DNA of 63,617 nt, counting the filler, from Choristocarpus tenellus KU-1152 (taxonomy: Eukaryota > Protista > Phaeophyceae), in NCBI GenBank assembly GCA_964200185.2. It is 12 parts of 12 records of this genome, joined end to end, with 100 filler letters (N's around TTAATTAATTAA, not from the genome) between each part and the next. Parts side by side here need not be neighbours in the genome. Positions count along the whole stretch, not along the records: positions 11,255 to 16,330 come from CAXNAD020011954.1; positions 16,431 to 20,879 come from CAXNAD020014498.1; positions 20,980 to 26,406 come from CAXNAD020010815.1; positions 26,507 to 30,758 come from CAXNAD020015473.1; 8 more parts are not named here. One strand, written 5' to 3'. Each line of letters starts with the position of its first letter. The stretch's first letter is position 1. Positions 13,560 through 26,568 of the stretch are shown in pieces. Both the position numbers and the translations under genes were made by a program. Under the pieces are notes generated by a model, which made no database searches, was not told where the DNA came from, and saw nothing but the letters and a program-made list of their open reading frames with translations.

Positions 13560-14260
13560 CCCATTTTTTCTGCCCCAGTCCCAGCTTCTCCAGCTCCCCC
13601 CGTCCCCAATGATCCCCCACAAAGTCTTTCCCTACACTGGGTGCCTCCTGATCTCAGTGCACTCCCAACCAGTCCCCCGCCTCTCGTAATTCCCATTGTT
13701 CCACATCCTGTTTGACACTGCTAGCAACCTCTATTTGTCCCCCTGTCACCCCCACAGCTGGACGTTCTGGACCATGTTGAAAATTCCGCGACTTACCACA
13801 CTCAGGACTAGTGATTTATCCTGCTATATTTCCTGTAAGGACGTTGCTTAAGGATAATTCTCATGTGGGCTCGTCTTACCTTTCCCAGTTATTTTGAGTA
13901 GACACCATTGCCGTCTCAGATCCCTCAATGGAATCTGCTAGGATCTGCTGTAACTCGAGGTTGGAGCATTCCGTACGTCATTGCTAGCTTGCCTATACTG
14001 TTTTGGATTTTTCGTCCATCCTCAGCTGGATCGCACCAACCTCCCCGGGCACATTAATCAGCTGAGCCTCATCAAATCCTTGTTCAACTCCTCCCTGCCT
14101 TTTGTTCATTCCTTGGTTGTTCTGACATCTTCGAACATTTAAGTTAAACTCTCCTCCTGGAAATATCTAAGAAAATCTTCTTTCAAGTTCCTCACTTCCA
14201 AGTCTCTAGCTGACCTTGTGCACATTCTGCAAAGCACGCGTAGTGATTCCTAGGTCTTCT
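13560..14260 (-). mobile_element. Degenerate retrotransposon gag remnant
   Basis: Minus-strand fragment ITSPECGKSRNFQHGPERP resembles a decayed CCHC knuckle (C-x2-C-GK-x-GH...CP), and a DHWGR fragment lies nearby. Many stops. Confidence 0.3.
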
Positions 14261-14468
14261 CCTTCATATACTGGCTTCACAACCCACACCCTACAATCCA
14301 TATATTCTGGTGGTGAAAGTAATTTTGAAACTGACAATTGATATGACGTCAATTATTGTAATTGATAAACTTTGTTGAGTACATACACCCTATATCGTCC
14401 ATCCGCCCACCTAGTAGTAATAGATCATTCCTCGATCAGGTGTGGACACCTAACACCTTGGCGCCCAG

Positions 14469-15527
14469 AAGGGTACAATGGAGTATAAGGGTGCATATGC
14501 AGACTCTAGATTGTTCTGGGAATACTTGGTGAAGGTTCAGGGCGAGTACAAGGTATCATGGGACACATTTGCTATTGTTTTTGAGGTGAGTTGCTACATC
14601 ATTTCACTGTCTTGATACTGAAGGTTCAAGAGACGGAGAAATTTGTCTTGTACATCTTGCATTTCCTCCGATTCTTATGCGCTTTTTGAATTTGCTCTAC
14701 TTCTTGGTCGGTGATGTCGAAGTCGGTTTTGGCGTTGGACCTTCCCAGGTGTGACAGGTTGTACTTGTTTTCCTCTCCGAATTCCCGAGCTTTGCTGAGG
14801 CTAAAAGCTCGCTATCGTTAAACTGGCAGACTTACCTACGGGAAAACTACCCCCGACAAGTTGATGAATGTCATACTAACCTCCCGTTGGAGAGGATTTT
14901 GCGTTACGCATTTGGGCGAGGGGCGACTGAACCATCAGCGAATGGAGGCCGACCTGTAGGGAGACAAGAACTGGAGCTCTTCCTCCATCGATTCGGTCCC
15001 CTCGATGTCTGTCTCGCCAAAGCTGGAGGGTGAGTGAGAAAAATATCAAGTAGGGAGTAGCAAGGGCATTTGAGCTTGAGATGGGGCGGCTTTGTGAGTA
15101 TAACAGCGGGGGCAGTGTGCAACTATGTTCCAAAATCCAGGACAACATAAATCAGTCCTGTGCCGCCTGCATTTCCTGGAGTCTTCGCCCTATGTTTTCT
15201 CATCCTTTTTGATTACTCTGTTTCTGACCGAAGAACCGACTCTCTTCACCTCGTCGCCTTTTTTAATGGCGTTACATTTTGCATCTCTGTGCAACTCCAC
15301 ATCTCTGTCCTCTTTGTGGACTTTGGTCGGCGATTGGACCATATTCCTGCAAACATGCGATCCATCCTGAATTTGGTGATGTCGTCACGTCATGGAGGTC
15401 TTTATTCGAGGACGGAGGATGCCTTGAGTTATGGTTTCATGGGTACCTCACCCGCAAGGAGGCTGAGGGACTCCTGGAGCAGGACGGCCAGCCAGGGGCT
15501 TTTTTAGTCCGTTTCAGTGAATCTCAG
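14469..15527 (+). CDS. SH2-domain protein with Cbl-TKB-like EF-hand region, partial, 3 exons
   Basis: Exons 14469-14585, 14830-15029 and 15398-15527 splice in phase to KGTMEYKGAYADSRLFWEYLVKVQGEYKVSWDTFAIVFETYLRENY...VGRQELELFLHRFGPLDVCLAKAGGSLFEDGGCLELWFHGYLTRKEAEGLLEQDGQPGAFLVRFSESQ. WFHG..R.EAE.LL...PG.FLVR.SES is the canonical SH2 N-terminal half. Confidence 0.85.
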
Positions 15528-16993
15528 GTGTGACGAACCAAAGCTGAGGAGGAAATTGACTGGGGATTGTAGAGGAAAACGATAATGGGCTTATGTAAAG
15601 GGAAAAGCTCCGCTCCATCTTGAACCTCTTTCATTGATCCACCCAGCGAAGTAGTACGACTCTCATATTGTTTGGAGGTGCATTTTTTTGTGTAATGAAC
15701 CTTCCGCTTGCTCAACAGGCGTGCTACCCTAGTATCATTTATGGTGGGACTTCTCATATCGGTTTCAATCACTGGTTTTGATTGGGAGGAGAGGGGCATC
15801 TCCGAGCTGAGGCCCTGACGCAGCTTGGGGTGGAAATTTCGCACCACACCATGAGTCTCAAGGTTGCTCACCATCACAGAAAAATCCTTGCAGATTGAAT
15901 CAGGGCTTCTGTTCCGAACATGTTTAACTATCCCCCTCCACCCACAGGGAGATTTGAATTGGAGAGAGTTGACAGTCGCTGGTCTTCACAGCCGGAGTAC
16001 GATACAGACAAGACAACTAGTATAATAGTAGCAATAGTAGTATTGGTAGTATCGATAGTATTGGTAGTGACAAAATAAGTTTGCATAATGACTTGCAGTG
16101 ATAGCACCCTATATCAATAAAGAGATAATACTAGAGATTTTTCTATCTCCTATCTAGCCATCATCCCATCATCCTGTAGTGTTGAAAAATCCTTGAATTG
16201 AAAATTGGGAGCAACCAACCCACCATTACAACCTAACCACCTTGCTCCCCCCCCCCCCCCCCCCCTCCTCCCCCCCCCCCCCTCCCCCCCCCCCCCCCCT
16301 CCCACTCCCCCCCTCCCCCCCCCTTTTTCCNNNNNNNNNNNNNNNNNNNNNNNNNNNNNNNNNNNNNNNNNNNNTTAATTAATTAANNNNNNNNNNNNNN
16401 NNNNNNNNNNNNNNNNNNNNNNNNNNNNNNCCCTCCCTTCCCCCGTGCCTCTGGATACCCTAGTTATAAGCCGTGGTTTGTTCTGTTGGATGTTGAACAC
16501 TCACCCTCTTGCACTGTAGTGTTGCCGAATTTTTTTTACGCTTCCATTGGATCGATGTGTCTTACATCCGATAATATGACACAGACCACATTTGTCTGAC
16601 AATCAAATATCCACCCCTTGGGTTCCACCCATGACTTGTGTAGCATGTGAAAGCGACACAGACCACAGGGTCACCCTCCTTACTTTCCCATGGAGCAGTT
16701 GGTATGGAGGTGAACAAGACACCCTGATGCCCCACTTCTTCGTGAATATTGTCCACCTGCTGTATGTGTGAATGAAACTGATGACCTATTGTCCACAAAC
16801 AATTTCCTCTAGTGTTTGAATATGAAGACTGCAAACTGGTATCAAGAAAACAATTATAAATGCCGACGGTCCTGTGTGGTCTTGTAAAGCACAGACCAGA
16901 GTATGGAGGATGACTCTCTTCCCCCTGTGGTCAATTTGGATTACTTGGCAGATACTTGCCTTCACCAACAATGTTTTTGCTTTTTTTTCAGTT

Positions 16994-17032
<39 letters not shown>

Positions 17033-17060
17033 CCCCACCTTCAATATATTGTAAAGTCCA

Positions 17061-17620
17061 TGATGCTTGGAAGGTCAAGGCCTGCTGGTGACTCTTCCCC
17101 ATCAAAGGAAGGAGAGGGTGATGGGAGAGGAGTCAAGCGACCACCCGATATAGGTAATGGGAAGGGGGCAGGGGTTGAGAAAATGACTGAGGTGTCAGGA
17201 ATCTCAGAAAGGGCATGGAAAGTTCAAGCAGGAGATAGGCGTGCTGATGGGGTGAACCCAAGGCGAGAGGAGGAGAGCAGGGGAGGAGATCGATCCCAAG
17301 GGAGGAACCAGAAGAAGGATGCAACGCCGGTTTCATCAGGAGGAGCTCTTGTTTCTGAGTCTGCGTCAGCCAAAAAGGAATCAAGAACACACCCGGTAGC
17401 GGTGATCCCATTCTGGAATCGTAGCAAGAAAACAGTGGATAGAGGAGACAGCTCAAGTCAAGGTGGTAGAGATACAACTGCTGGCAACAGTAGTGACCTT
17501 GTAAATAAGGCAAAGCCTTCAGTAGATGGGGCGGGCGGTGTAAAGGGGGTTGGAGGGGGACATTATCATCCTGTCCGTTTTCAATTTCAGGCTGGGTATA
17601 CAAAGGCTGTCCGAAGAACT
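17061..17620 (+). CDS. Probable exon of an unknown low-complexity (G/S/K/R-rich) protein
   Basis: Long purine-rich open frame within ORF 16874-17644, after a (CT)n tract, with a candidate donor GTACGT at 17621. No recognisable domain. Possible further + exons near 19589-19708. Confidence 0.45.
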
Positions 17621-18644
17621 GTACGTATGCGAGACCTCCTTTGATGGAGAGAGCTGGTGCTGTGGGGGAGCATCCTTGGAGAGGGAGATACCATCCTGGT
17701 AGTAGTGTGATGAACACGGGTGAATGGGATGTTTTTGTTCTGGAATTAGACTGCAACCACATATTGTAACTGTGGGGTTTGAAAGAAGAGCGAGAACCCC
17801 CGCGGAGGAAAGTTAGACTCTGGTCTTGATCGATTCGGAAGCTAGAGTTCTATCATTTTTTCCAACTTCACTAAGTATGGGCATTTCATTCCCTTGCAAT
17901 ATATTTTGACAGCACACCTACTGACGCCTGCTTGGTGTTTTCTTGGAATCCAGGAGGATTTCCATTGCAATGAGAGTGGAATTGTGCTACTGTCCCCATT
18001 GTTGCATTGACTGCTCCTGATAGCTCCTGATAGCTCCTGCTGAACTGAACTAAACTTTTTGTTGATTTTTTTTCAGTGATCCAGTATCATTACCATCCTT
18101 GATGATTGAGGGAAGAGGGGTGCATTGTTTGTTCAAGCCAAGCATGCACATATCAAAGAGAAGAGCGGAATTTAGCAATATGGTCTCGGACCCCTTGTAT
18201 TTCTCAAGTATTGCGACCAACTCTCTCTGCCATAGAGGTTCGGGATTTTTCCTATCACTCCTGAACGGTCAGGTGCCCATTCGAGGGCTTTGTGAACCTG
18301 TAGTGATTTTCATGTCATTAGAATGAACTCGTCAAATGTAAGGGCAATTCCCTTCATCTCAACGCACCTTACTTTTCCAACCCCCTCTGCCTGGACAAAG
18401 GAAGATCATCCACAAAACGAGCATCAAATTGGGATGTTGTAAAACACCCCATCAAGCCCCGAATGGGCGCCCTGTTCTAAACACTCCACACCCTCTAGGT
18501 TATTATGGTCCTGAGTAGGTGCAAGTGACAAATTGTGAGTTGTAGCATTGCTAGAATCGCAGTCTCCTGCTTCAACCCCCTCATTCCATTCACATTGTCT
18601 CTGTAAAGCATATTCAGGGAAGTGAATACAGGTGGCAACTTATT

Positions 18645-18873
18645 GTCTCAAAGTATCTTAGAGGGTAGAGCCGCGTCCGTTTGGGGCCAAATTCCAATGT
18701 TGCGATTTTGATGTCATTTTGGACATCATGTTTGCTAGGAAGTGTCAATGTCCTTGTTCCGGACACACCTTTTCATAACGTATACATTTTACCTACTCCT
18801 AAAAAACCGTAGGAAGCCAATCCCTAAACTGACAAACAGGGTAAAACTCTTACTCTCTAAGATATTCTTACTC
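18645..18873. mobile_element. MITE family A copy (internally shortened)
   Basis: CAAAGTATCTTAGAGGGTAG left end, CTCTAAGATATTCTTACTC right end. The interior matches the copies at 35504, 36469, 39679 and 40805. Confidence 0.8.
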
Positions 18874-21800
18874 ATTGTCCTGAAATATGTTTGTTACTGG
18901 CTCATTGGCCATCATGCCTTCAAGGGCGATGCCTGTCCCCACCTACTCACTTCTGGTGCTGATTAGACATCGACAGAAAAATCGTATATGTGAAGAGCAA
19001 TATGCAGGGAAGCATGTAAATTGCGTTTCGACATGTTACTGTGTCTTAATTCTAACGGACTACGGTCATGCAGCTGTTCTGTATGGTGGCAGGTAGGCAT
19101 TGACGCAACTTTTGAGGTGGTTGAAAAAAAATGCTCCCCAAAGTTTTTTTGTCAGGGACTTTTCAATTGTTGTAATCCACTACTACTTCGAGAGCATCTT
19201 TTCTGGTAAAGTTACAGGTTTCAATCTAAACTGGGCGAAAGTTCCACATGTAGCCTCATGAGAGATAGTAGTTTTGGGATATTCTGGTAAATTGATTTTT
19301 TTTTACATCCCTCATATAATGATACCTGAATATACTGTAGAAAGTAACACGACCCAAGCATCTGATCTCTCGCAAACTGTTACGTCTTACTTGCTTTCAT
19401 GCTAGCCATGAATTTGGTTTCTACTTTTTGTGTGAGATCATTCAGTGTAGGTGTTTCTCATTACAATCAACGGCATAGATACATAATTGTGTCTTGTTAC
19501 ATCTACATTGGTGGTGAGGGTAAGTGAAACAATGGCTCCTCCGAACCCTAACCTACTATTGATAGTACTATTGTACTTTTCACATTAGGATTGTGTGTGA
19601 AGGGTCCCAGACCAGTGATTGAACGGAAACCAGAGGAAATCAACATCCAATACTTATCAAAATATCGAACGACGGCCATGCCGCCGCCTGCAAAGGAGTT
19701 GGAAACAGGTGAAATACGTTTCGTAGGGCATCAAACGCAGATATAGCCAACAGGAGTGTTCTTCTGTGCTCAGGAGGTCGAGAACGATGTGTTGGTGTCA
19801 CCCTTGAGACGGACTGTTCTACAGTGGACTTTGCATCATCTTGGGTGGTGAATGGACCCAGGTCAATTCCTAGAGGCAGGGGACGTGAATCAAACCCATA
19901 GGAGGATCGTCCGAGGGTGGTCGGAGTATTGAGAACCACATCTTGAGTAGATAACGATGGTAATAATATTAATACTACAGTTAGTATCATTGTATTTTAG
20001 GTGCTCATAGCACATTAAAGCCCCTATTTGAGTTTTTTTGGTATGGACATACCCTTTTTTTGGCTTACGAATAACATGTATGTTGTGCAATAAATAGACC
20101 TTATTTCATTGCTTTTATGTACATAGATAGTAGTATACGTAAAATTAGTTTTCTACTTTCCGCGACACCATAATTATTAAGCAAACACGCTCTTTGCAAT
20201 TGTACAGGATGGTGTCTTTTTACCCCTTCTCAGAATCCTCAAAATGCAACCCTGCAAACCTCTCAATTGGATTGGCTCTTTTTCTCTAAAACGGGAGAAT
20301 ATTGGGCGTTGCAGTTTTTTCATTTACTGAGCGACAAGAAAACTGATAAATTCGAAAATTTGTAGGGCGAAAAAAGCGAATTCAATAACAAAACAATTGC
20401 TCTCATTTCCGCTTCTAATTGTATTTTTTTCCCAATTTTTATTTTGTCGATTCCTTAGTTTCCCTCTTTTTTTAAATTTTGGAGAATGAATTGGGTCAAC
20501 AGAATGACCGCCTCACCAGCATCCTTGTGACTTTCAGGTTCGAGGTTGTGGATTCCGTTCCCTCGCATGAACTTTGCTGGTTCGAAAACCGTTGATTCCA
20601 GACTTCTTTTCATGAAAATCTGGTTTCAATGATCCAATTCCGCACGACGACAAGCACTTCGAAATGTAAAGTTCTATGTACACCTACTTTGAAGTTCTTG
20701 CACCATTCCATCTCTCGGACAGTGTACCATGAAAAAGCTGGACCAAATCGAGGTATGGCGACAATGAGACGAGTCCAGCGTGCCCAATCTTTACCAAGAA
20801 CTCGCACACTAAACAGAAACAAACACGCATTTTTTTACCCTGGGCCATCCTCCATGCCCCCCCTCCCCCCCAACCCCCCNNNNNNNNNNNNNNNNNNNNN
20901 NNNNNNNNNNNNNNNNNNNNNNNTTAATTAATTAANNNNNNNNNNNNNNNNNNNNNNNNNNNNNNNNNNNNNNNNNNNNCCCACCCACTCTGATTTGTCG
21001 TGTTGGAGATAGGTACTGCGGAGTATATCAATATATATATAATTTCTGTGAGTGTACAGGTCATCACTATTTTTCTGAATGGTGCTATGTAATAAATAGC
21101 ACCATTGTACGTTAAATGAATGCCTCCCAATATCCACCAACATTATGTTGCCTGCTCCACGCAGCATGTTGCACCTCTTGGTGCATAATGTGGGGAGCCC
21201 CCCCCTTCACTGCTAATGACCTGCAGGTACCTGAAACAATTCCACATTTTGTACCTCTCTCACTGGTGTATATATATTTTCTTTCAATGTTCCTCCTAAA
21301 ATCTCTTCAGGTTCTTTCATCCACCCACTGTCTGCCACCCCATGATGTTTTCCAAAAACATGGAGGTCTGACAGATGTTCCTGATTGGGCCGTGTTGTAA
21401 CTTGTGTGCCTAAACCAATTTAGGCTGACTCAGACATTTTCCAGATGTGTCCAGGGGAAAACCAATGACTTGCATTTGCGAAAAAGCAGTTGAATACTTC
21501 AAAAGTACTACGCTAAATTTCCTACGATCTTAACCAGCGCTATATTCTAGAAAACATATCTATACTCTTGGATTTTATAACAGTAGACATGGCATACTGA
21601 AGGAGATGAGAAATGGAGGGGGAAAAGGATGCGAGTGGAGTTACTCATACCATCATAGGTCTCGCTCTTTGCAATATCTTCACCAAAAATAAATGTTCTA
21701 AAGGTAGATTTCCATCAGTTCAATTGCTCAAAGTTATTCCTGTGGCAAACAACGATGCTATATTGGATGCCATGTTGACATGGTCGACACAGCAGAATAA

Positions 21801-22166
21801 AAGCAGAAAGTGCAGCACCACACAATCAACTTGAAATGGTGACCGCTCTACCTTGGATGCTCCATTTCCAAGTTTTGATCTCAAGCTGTTGTTAACAGGA
21901 ACAACCTGTACCCAGTCTTGTGCTACAGGAACTTCTTCACCTAGTGGTGTCATCTAACAGTACCCATCCCTTCTCTGCAATTTGAAAATTCACGGACACA
22001 CCTTGATAACACTCTGACACCCTTCAGATGGTTGAATATTGTCTGGACAAATGTGGAAGCACTGGACAGCAGGCTTATTCCTGCCTATTCAAGACAGTCC
22101 CACTGAGAAAGAAAAAACACTAAACTTTAAATTTCCACTGAAAATTCTTCAGGACCATTCACTGGG

Positions 22167-22371
22167 CCAGGCAGCTAGCTTGTCCACCACCGGGGCATGA
22201 TCGTGGGTGAACCCATGGCCCGGCCAAAATGAAACTGTTGATGGCTGTGGACTCAAGAAATTTTTGAACTTGGTTTCAAAGCGCCAGCCGGCGATAGCCC
22301 CCGAATATGTTGAAATAGCGATAGGGTCATCGACCCTGCCATGATAGAATATTTCACCTATGGCTGCCTGG
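22167..22371. mobile_element. Possible small MITE bounded by a CCAGGCAGC/GCTGCCTGG inverted repeat
   Basis: 9-bp perfect terminal inverted repeat and an internal AGGGTC-ATC-GACCCT hairpin. Single copy in the window. Confidence 0.3.
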
Positions 22372-22799
22372 GGAAAGTACATTTGACACGCAGACTAGCC
22401 ATGTTATGCATTTTTTCCAAGCATGTCACGCAAACCCATTTACTCTAATTCATGGTAGGTTGCTTTCTATTGATGTATTCTTTTACTATGGCTAATCATT
22501 ATTATTTATTTATTTTCGTATATAGATTGCAATAGATTTACTGTTGTATCCTTCAGTAACGATGGACTGAGTTGCGTTTGGACACTAAATTGGTGGTACA
22601 ACAATTTTGAGGGCAAATTATCGGAAATTCCCACCAATCAGATATGGAAGGATCGAGGATTGGGGTGATGTCACAAGGTATACCACCAATACACATACAT
22701 ACTGATGATGGTATATAATCGGCAGTTCATAATGTCATCGGCTTCTTTCACACTTACACCATCCCGCCAACCCCACCAATTCTGCGTTCAATATTTATT

Positions 22800-23105
22800 T
22801 CCTGGAACTGGGTTTGTTTGAGTTGGACTGGTCCATGATTAGAAATATCTGACCCATGGACCGGACTAATGCGACACATACTGGACATGATTTGGGCATG
22901 TCACAAAAATTTAGAACAGTCAGTGGACATGGACTGGTAAAATATGTAGTGGACATGGTCCAGACATGACAAGAGACTGTTGGACCCAGTCTACCTGGTG
23001 GACATGGACCGCTACAATACCTTGCGGAATTGGACTGTGACATGTCAGAAAATTGTGGGACTGGTCCAGCCTGCAGATGGGACCATTTTTTTTGGTTGCC
23101 TTGGT
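22800..23105. repeat. Cluster of short TGGAC/GTCCA motifs, probable subterminal repeat region of a DNA transposon
   Basis: Roughly ten TGGAC / GGACTGGTCCA motifs in about 300 bp, ending in TTTTTGGTTGCCTTGG. Confidence 0.45.
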
Positions 23106-23976
23106 GAACGGGCCTATAATTTCTTGAGGCGAAGACCCAAATCTTAAGGGTTCTCCTCGTATTTCAAGCAAAATACGCTTGTGGGTATGTTTGAAAAAAC
23201 CTCGAGCTTTGACAAAAACGTGGGTTTTCCTACTTTCTTTGCAATATTAAAATCATATGGTAACATAGAATAACAGATCGGATTGCTTACAATCAAAACG
23301 AGGTAAACTTCAAACTCTAGACCTGCACATCAACATCTTCCAAGGAGGAATGCATGATTATTTTTTTTAGCGAGATGCGGTGGACAAGTCAACTGAGGAC
23401 AGTAGAGGCTCTTTTCTTGGGCACATTGGGAGCTGCAAGTTCAGGTATACCTCGACTCTTCGACTGAGGACTTCAGTCCAGTGATCACAGTGGCAAACTC
23501 CGCCCAGAGCGGAGTCGGATTGAGAAAACAAGCATTTTTCAAACTCTGTTGAACCTCAAAAGACAAGTGCCAGTCACCCCCACCTGTCCATGTTCACAGC
23601 CAACCTCAGCCGAACTAATGAACAATTCTATTCAGTGCAATACTATCAGGCTCAGCACACTACCCTGTCAGGGAAACACCCCCCCACTTCTTATGTGTGT
23701 GTTGTATAAAATTCTAATATCACACCGTATCGGCTTCTACCAACACGGTTCAAGGTTCACTGGCAGACAAACACACCTTGTTGCTCTTTGCCAAGGCAAA
23801 ACACTGTAACCATGCACGCTCTGATGGAATAAACCCACACACACTCATTACATTCACGACATTTTGATGGGAAAAAGGCAAAACAGCACTAAAAAATACT
23901 CGTTTCTAAGTAAAGTACACACTAGTGCTACTTGTACCAGAAGATCACACCTGTCAAGGATTCCCTCATGACTCAC

Positions 23977-25142
23977 CGGAGTTCAAAGTTGGTTTCAAAC
24001 TTTCTATGTGTTATGCGATCCATGTTGGTCACCATGCTATCCACGAACACACTGTTTGGTACGTAAGTTGGTCGCGTGTCCCTGCCCCTCAATCTCGTCT
24101 GGTACCACCCCACTCGCTCAACTCGACCCTCACATCTGAGAGAAGTGTGTGCAGAAATTGCACATTGATCAGGGGAAGTTCTCACAATGATGGTAACGAA
24201 GACGTGGTGTGGCTACTTTCAGCTGGAAAAGAAATTCAGTGACTCTCCACCCCTTCGACATAGCCCTTGGACCCAATCCCTTTGGTCCTGTTCCCAACTC
24301 ACTCTGGTCACACATAATCTAAAAAAAGGCCAGCAAATGAGGAAACCCCCAGGGTGGTGTTGAGAGCACCATACTCTTCTATGGGTATGTACTGTTGTCT
24401 GTTTCTTATCCTTGTACCTTGCTTTCACCCCCACAATGAACTCAAGATAAGTAAGCCCAAGCTGCCAGTCCAATACTTGGGTCACATTTGCCCTGATTGT
24501 CTGGAAACAGTATATTTCACCTGACCCCATTCCTCTGGAAGGTGACCATATCCCCAGGAATGAAGGGCTCAGCAAGAAGGAGCATTAGACCCCCGAAAAA
24601 GTTGGAGAGCACATCCTGGGTACATACGCATTGATGAGCATTTCTTCAGGGAAGCTTTACACTGTATCACTATTTGATGTACACTGGACGAATGAATAGG
24701 TCTGTCCAAAGTATGAGTGTTTCTTCCTCAAGTCAAGAATAATAATAATAACAACACACACACACACACACCAGGGCATTAGTTCATGCCGAATGGTGAT
24801 TGGTCCATTGCTCGAGCAGTAGTACAAGGGGAACAGGACACGATATTTCCACAACGGCAAGCACCCATCAATGTAGACAGGGTGCCAGTCAGACAGAACA
24901 GAATGTTTCCTGCAACCTGACAGGCACTGTAAGTACACCAAGAACAACCAACCCTCACCTTGCCAGCAAGACCAAAGGCCAGACCTCCAATACCCCCAAA
25001 GGCCAGAGTGGATGTGATGGGTATTCTGAGGAAGACGCTGATGATTTCCACCACATAGAGGCTGCATATAGCCCATGTGAATACTGACAGGGAGCGATTG
25101 TAGATGAAACCCTTTCGCTTGTCTGCTTTCAGTGAAGGTACC
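23977..25142 (-). CDS. MscS-family small-conductance mechanosensitive channel (YnaI-like), partial, 3 exons
   Basis: Exons 25142-24959, 24615-24521 and 24135-23977 splice in phase to ...[42 protein letters not shown]...CEGRVERVGWYQTRLRGRDTRPTYVPNSVFVDSMVTNMDRITHRKFETNFELR. This covers the pore helix, the PF..GD motif and the VPNS motif. Confidence 0.92.
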
Positions 25143-25693
25143 CTGATGGGGAGATATTACAACTCTGGGTTAACTTTGAACACGATACTGTACCACATGG
25201 TGCTCTAGCAAGAGAGAATGTTAGATTCGATACAATTCGAACCCTAACATAACCCTAACCCTAGGAGGGACATCAGAAATGATACAATGGAGAGTTCGCA
25301 CAATCTACTTCATGATTTTATTTATGATAAACAAGACTTGAGAGTCGGCACGGCAGACATCAGACATCAGACATCAGATTGGGTTTCAAAACACCCACAT
25401 CTAATACATACAACCAACGTTGCATTACTGAGTGCTAGTGCCATGGAAGTAGTTTGGGTGTTTAAAGTTTGGCATCAGCGGAAGATAAAATATTGGAGCA
25501 CTCTTGAATGATTGATTGCTGTCATTGGGTGACGAGGGTCCTGCTATACTCTATCCCCCAACTGACATTTTACATCTTAGAGTTTTACAGATATAACTTG
25601 GATCATTAAAAGAAAGTGCAAGTGTGGGAGAAGTAACTTCGAGAATACCTTTTGCGCCGATTTATCACCAAAAAACGAGTAAGAACGAACAAA

Positions 25694-25739
25694 GTTTAGG
25701 ATATAGTTTAGGATATAGTTTAGGATATAGTTTAGGATA
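25694..25739. repeat. 12-bp tandem repeat (GTTTAGGATATA) about 4 copies
   Basis: Directly visible tandem array. Confidence 0.85.
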
Positions 25740-26379
25740 CGGTGTACAAACAAAAGCTCTTAACCCACCCTCAAGTATATAGTGGTTTGAATGCGACCAA
25801 TGAGACTACAATATGATTTGAAAATGGATGTACGGCAGCAACAATCGTAGTTGCTGAAAGAAGCAACAGGCACACATGTCACAACTTGTACATACTAACA
25901 ACACAAACACGCCCACCAGGAACATCAAACGCCACACACACACACACAAAATTATCAGTAACACACACTGCATGAAGTAGTCTACACACACTCTAGTAAG
26001 TATTATGAGCACCTGCCCAACTCAGCTCTATGCTCATCAACGCCAACAAGTGCACTCTGTATGTACAAGAATATACAAGTATGTACAAGAATTTGGGCAG
26101 CGAGGCGACCTTTGGCATGTTTACAATGAGGCTGGAGCTAGGATAAGAATCCTCGTCAGGCGAGAGGCGAATCGATCAAAAGGATAAAGGATAAAAAAAA
26201 ATGGAAGCACTGACCTGTGCGACCTGTGTAATGGGTGTCTATCCTTAATGCTACTCACAAACAGACTACTTGGAGGGTGAGGGCAAGCAATGTCTCCTAC
26301 TAGCTATCAGTATATATGTGAAATGTGCGTGGCAAGGATTGACAGCACAGGGTAGAGTGCCATCCCAACCCTAACCCTA

Positions 26380-26568
26380 GACTCAAAGTATCTGGAATGG
26401 GGGGGGNNNNNNNNNNNNNNNNNNNNNNNNNNNNNNNNNNNNNNNNNNNNTTAATTAATTAANNNNNNNNNNNNNNNNNNNNNNNNNNNNNNNNNNNNNN
26501 NNNNNNGATTTTGGCCCAAATGGACCCCCTGGTGTAGACCCCCCCCCCCCCCCCAGATATTTTGGGTC
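26380..26568. mobile_element. MITE family B copy split by an assembly gap
   Basis: GACTCAAAGTATCTGG...G-run before the gap; C-run then AGATATTTTGGGTC after it. Confidence 0.7.

Noticed and set aside
15719-16080. Candidate exons completing the SH2 domain
   Set aside because: Phase-0 translations after the acceptors at 15718 and 15947 do not resemble the expected SH2 strands.
20980-23560. Candidate 3' exons of the MscS gene
   Set aside because: No phase-compatible exon with the expected YED-like continuation was found.
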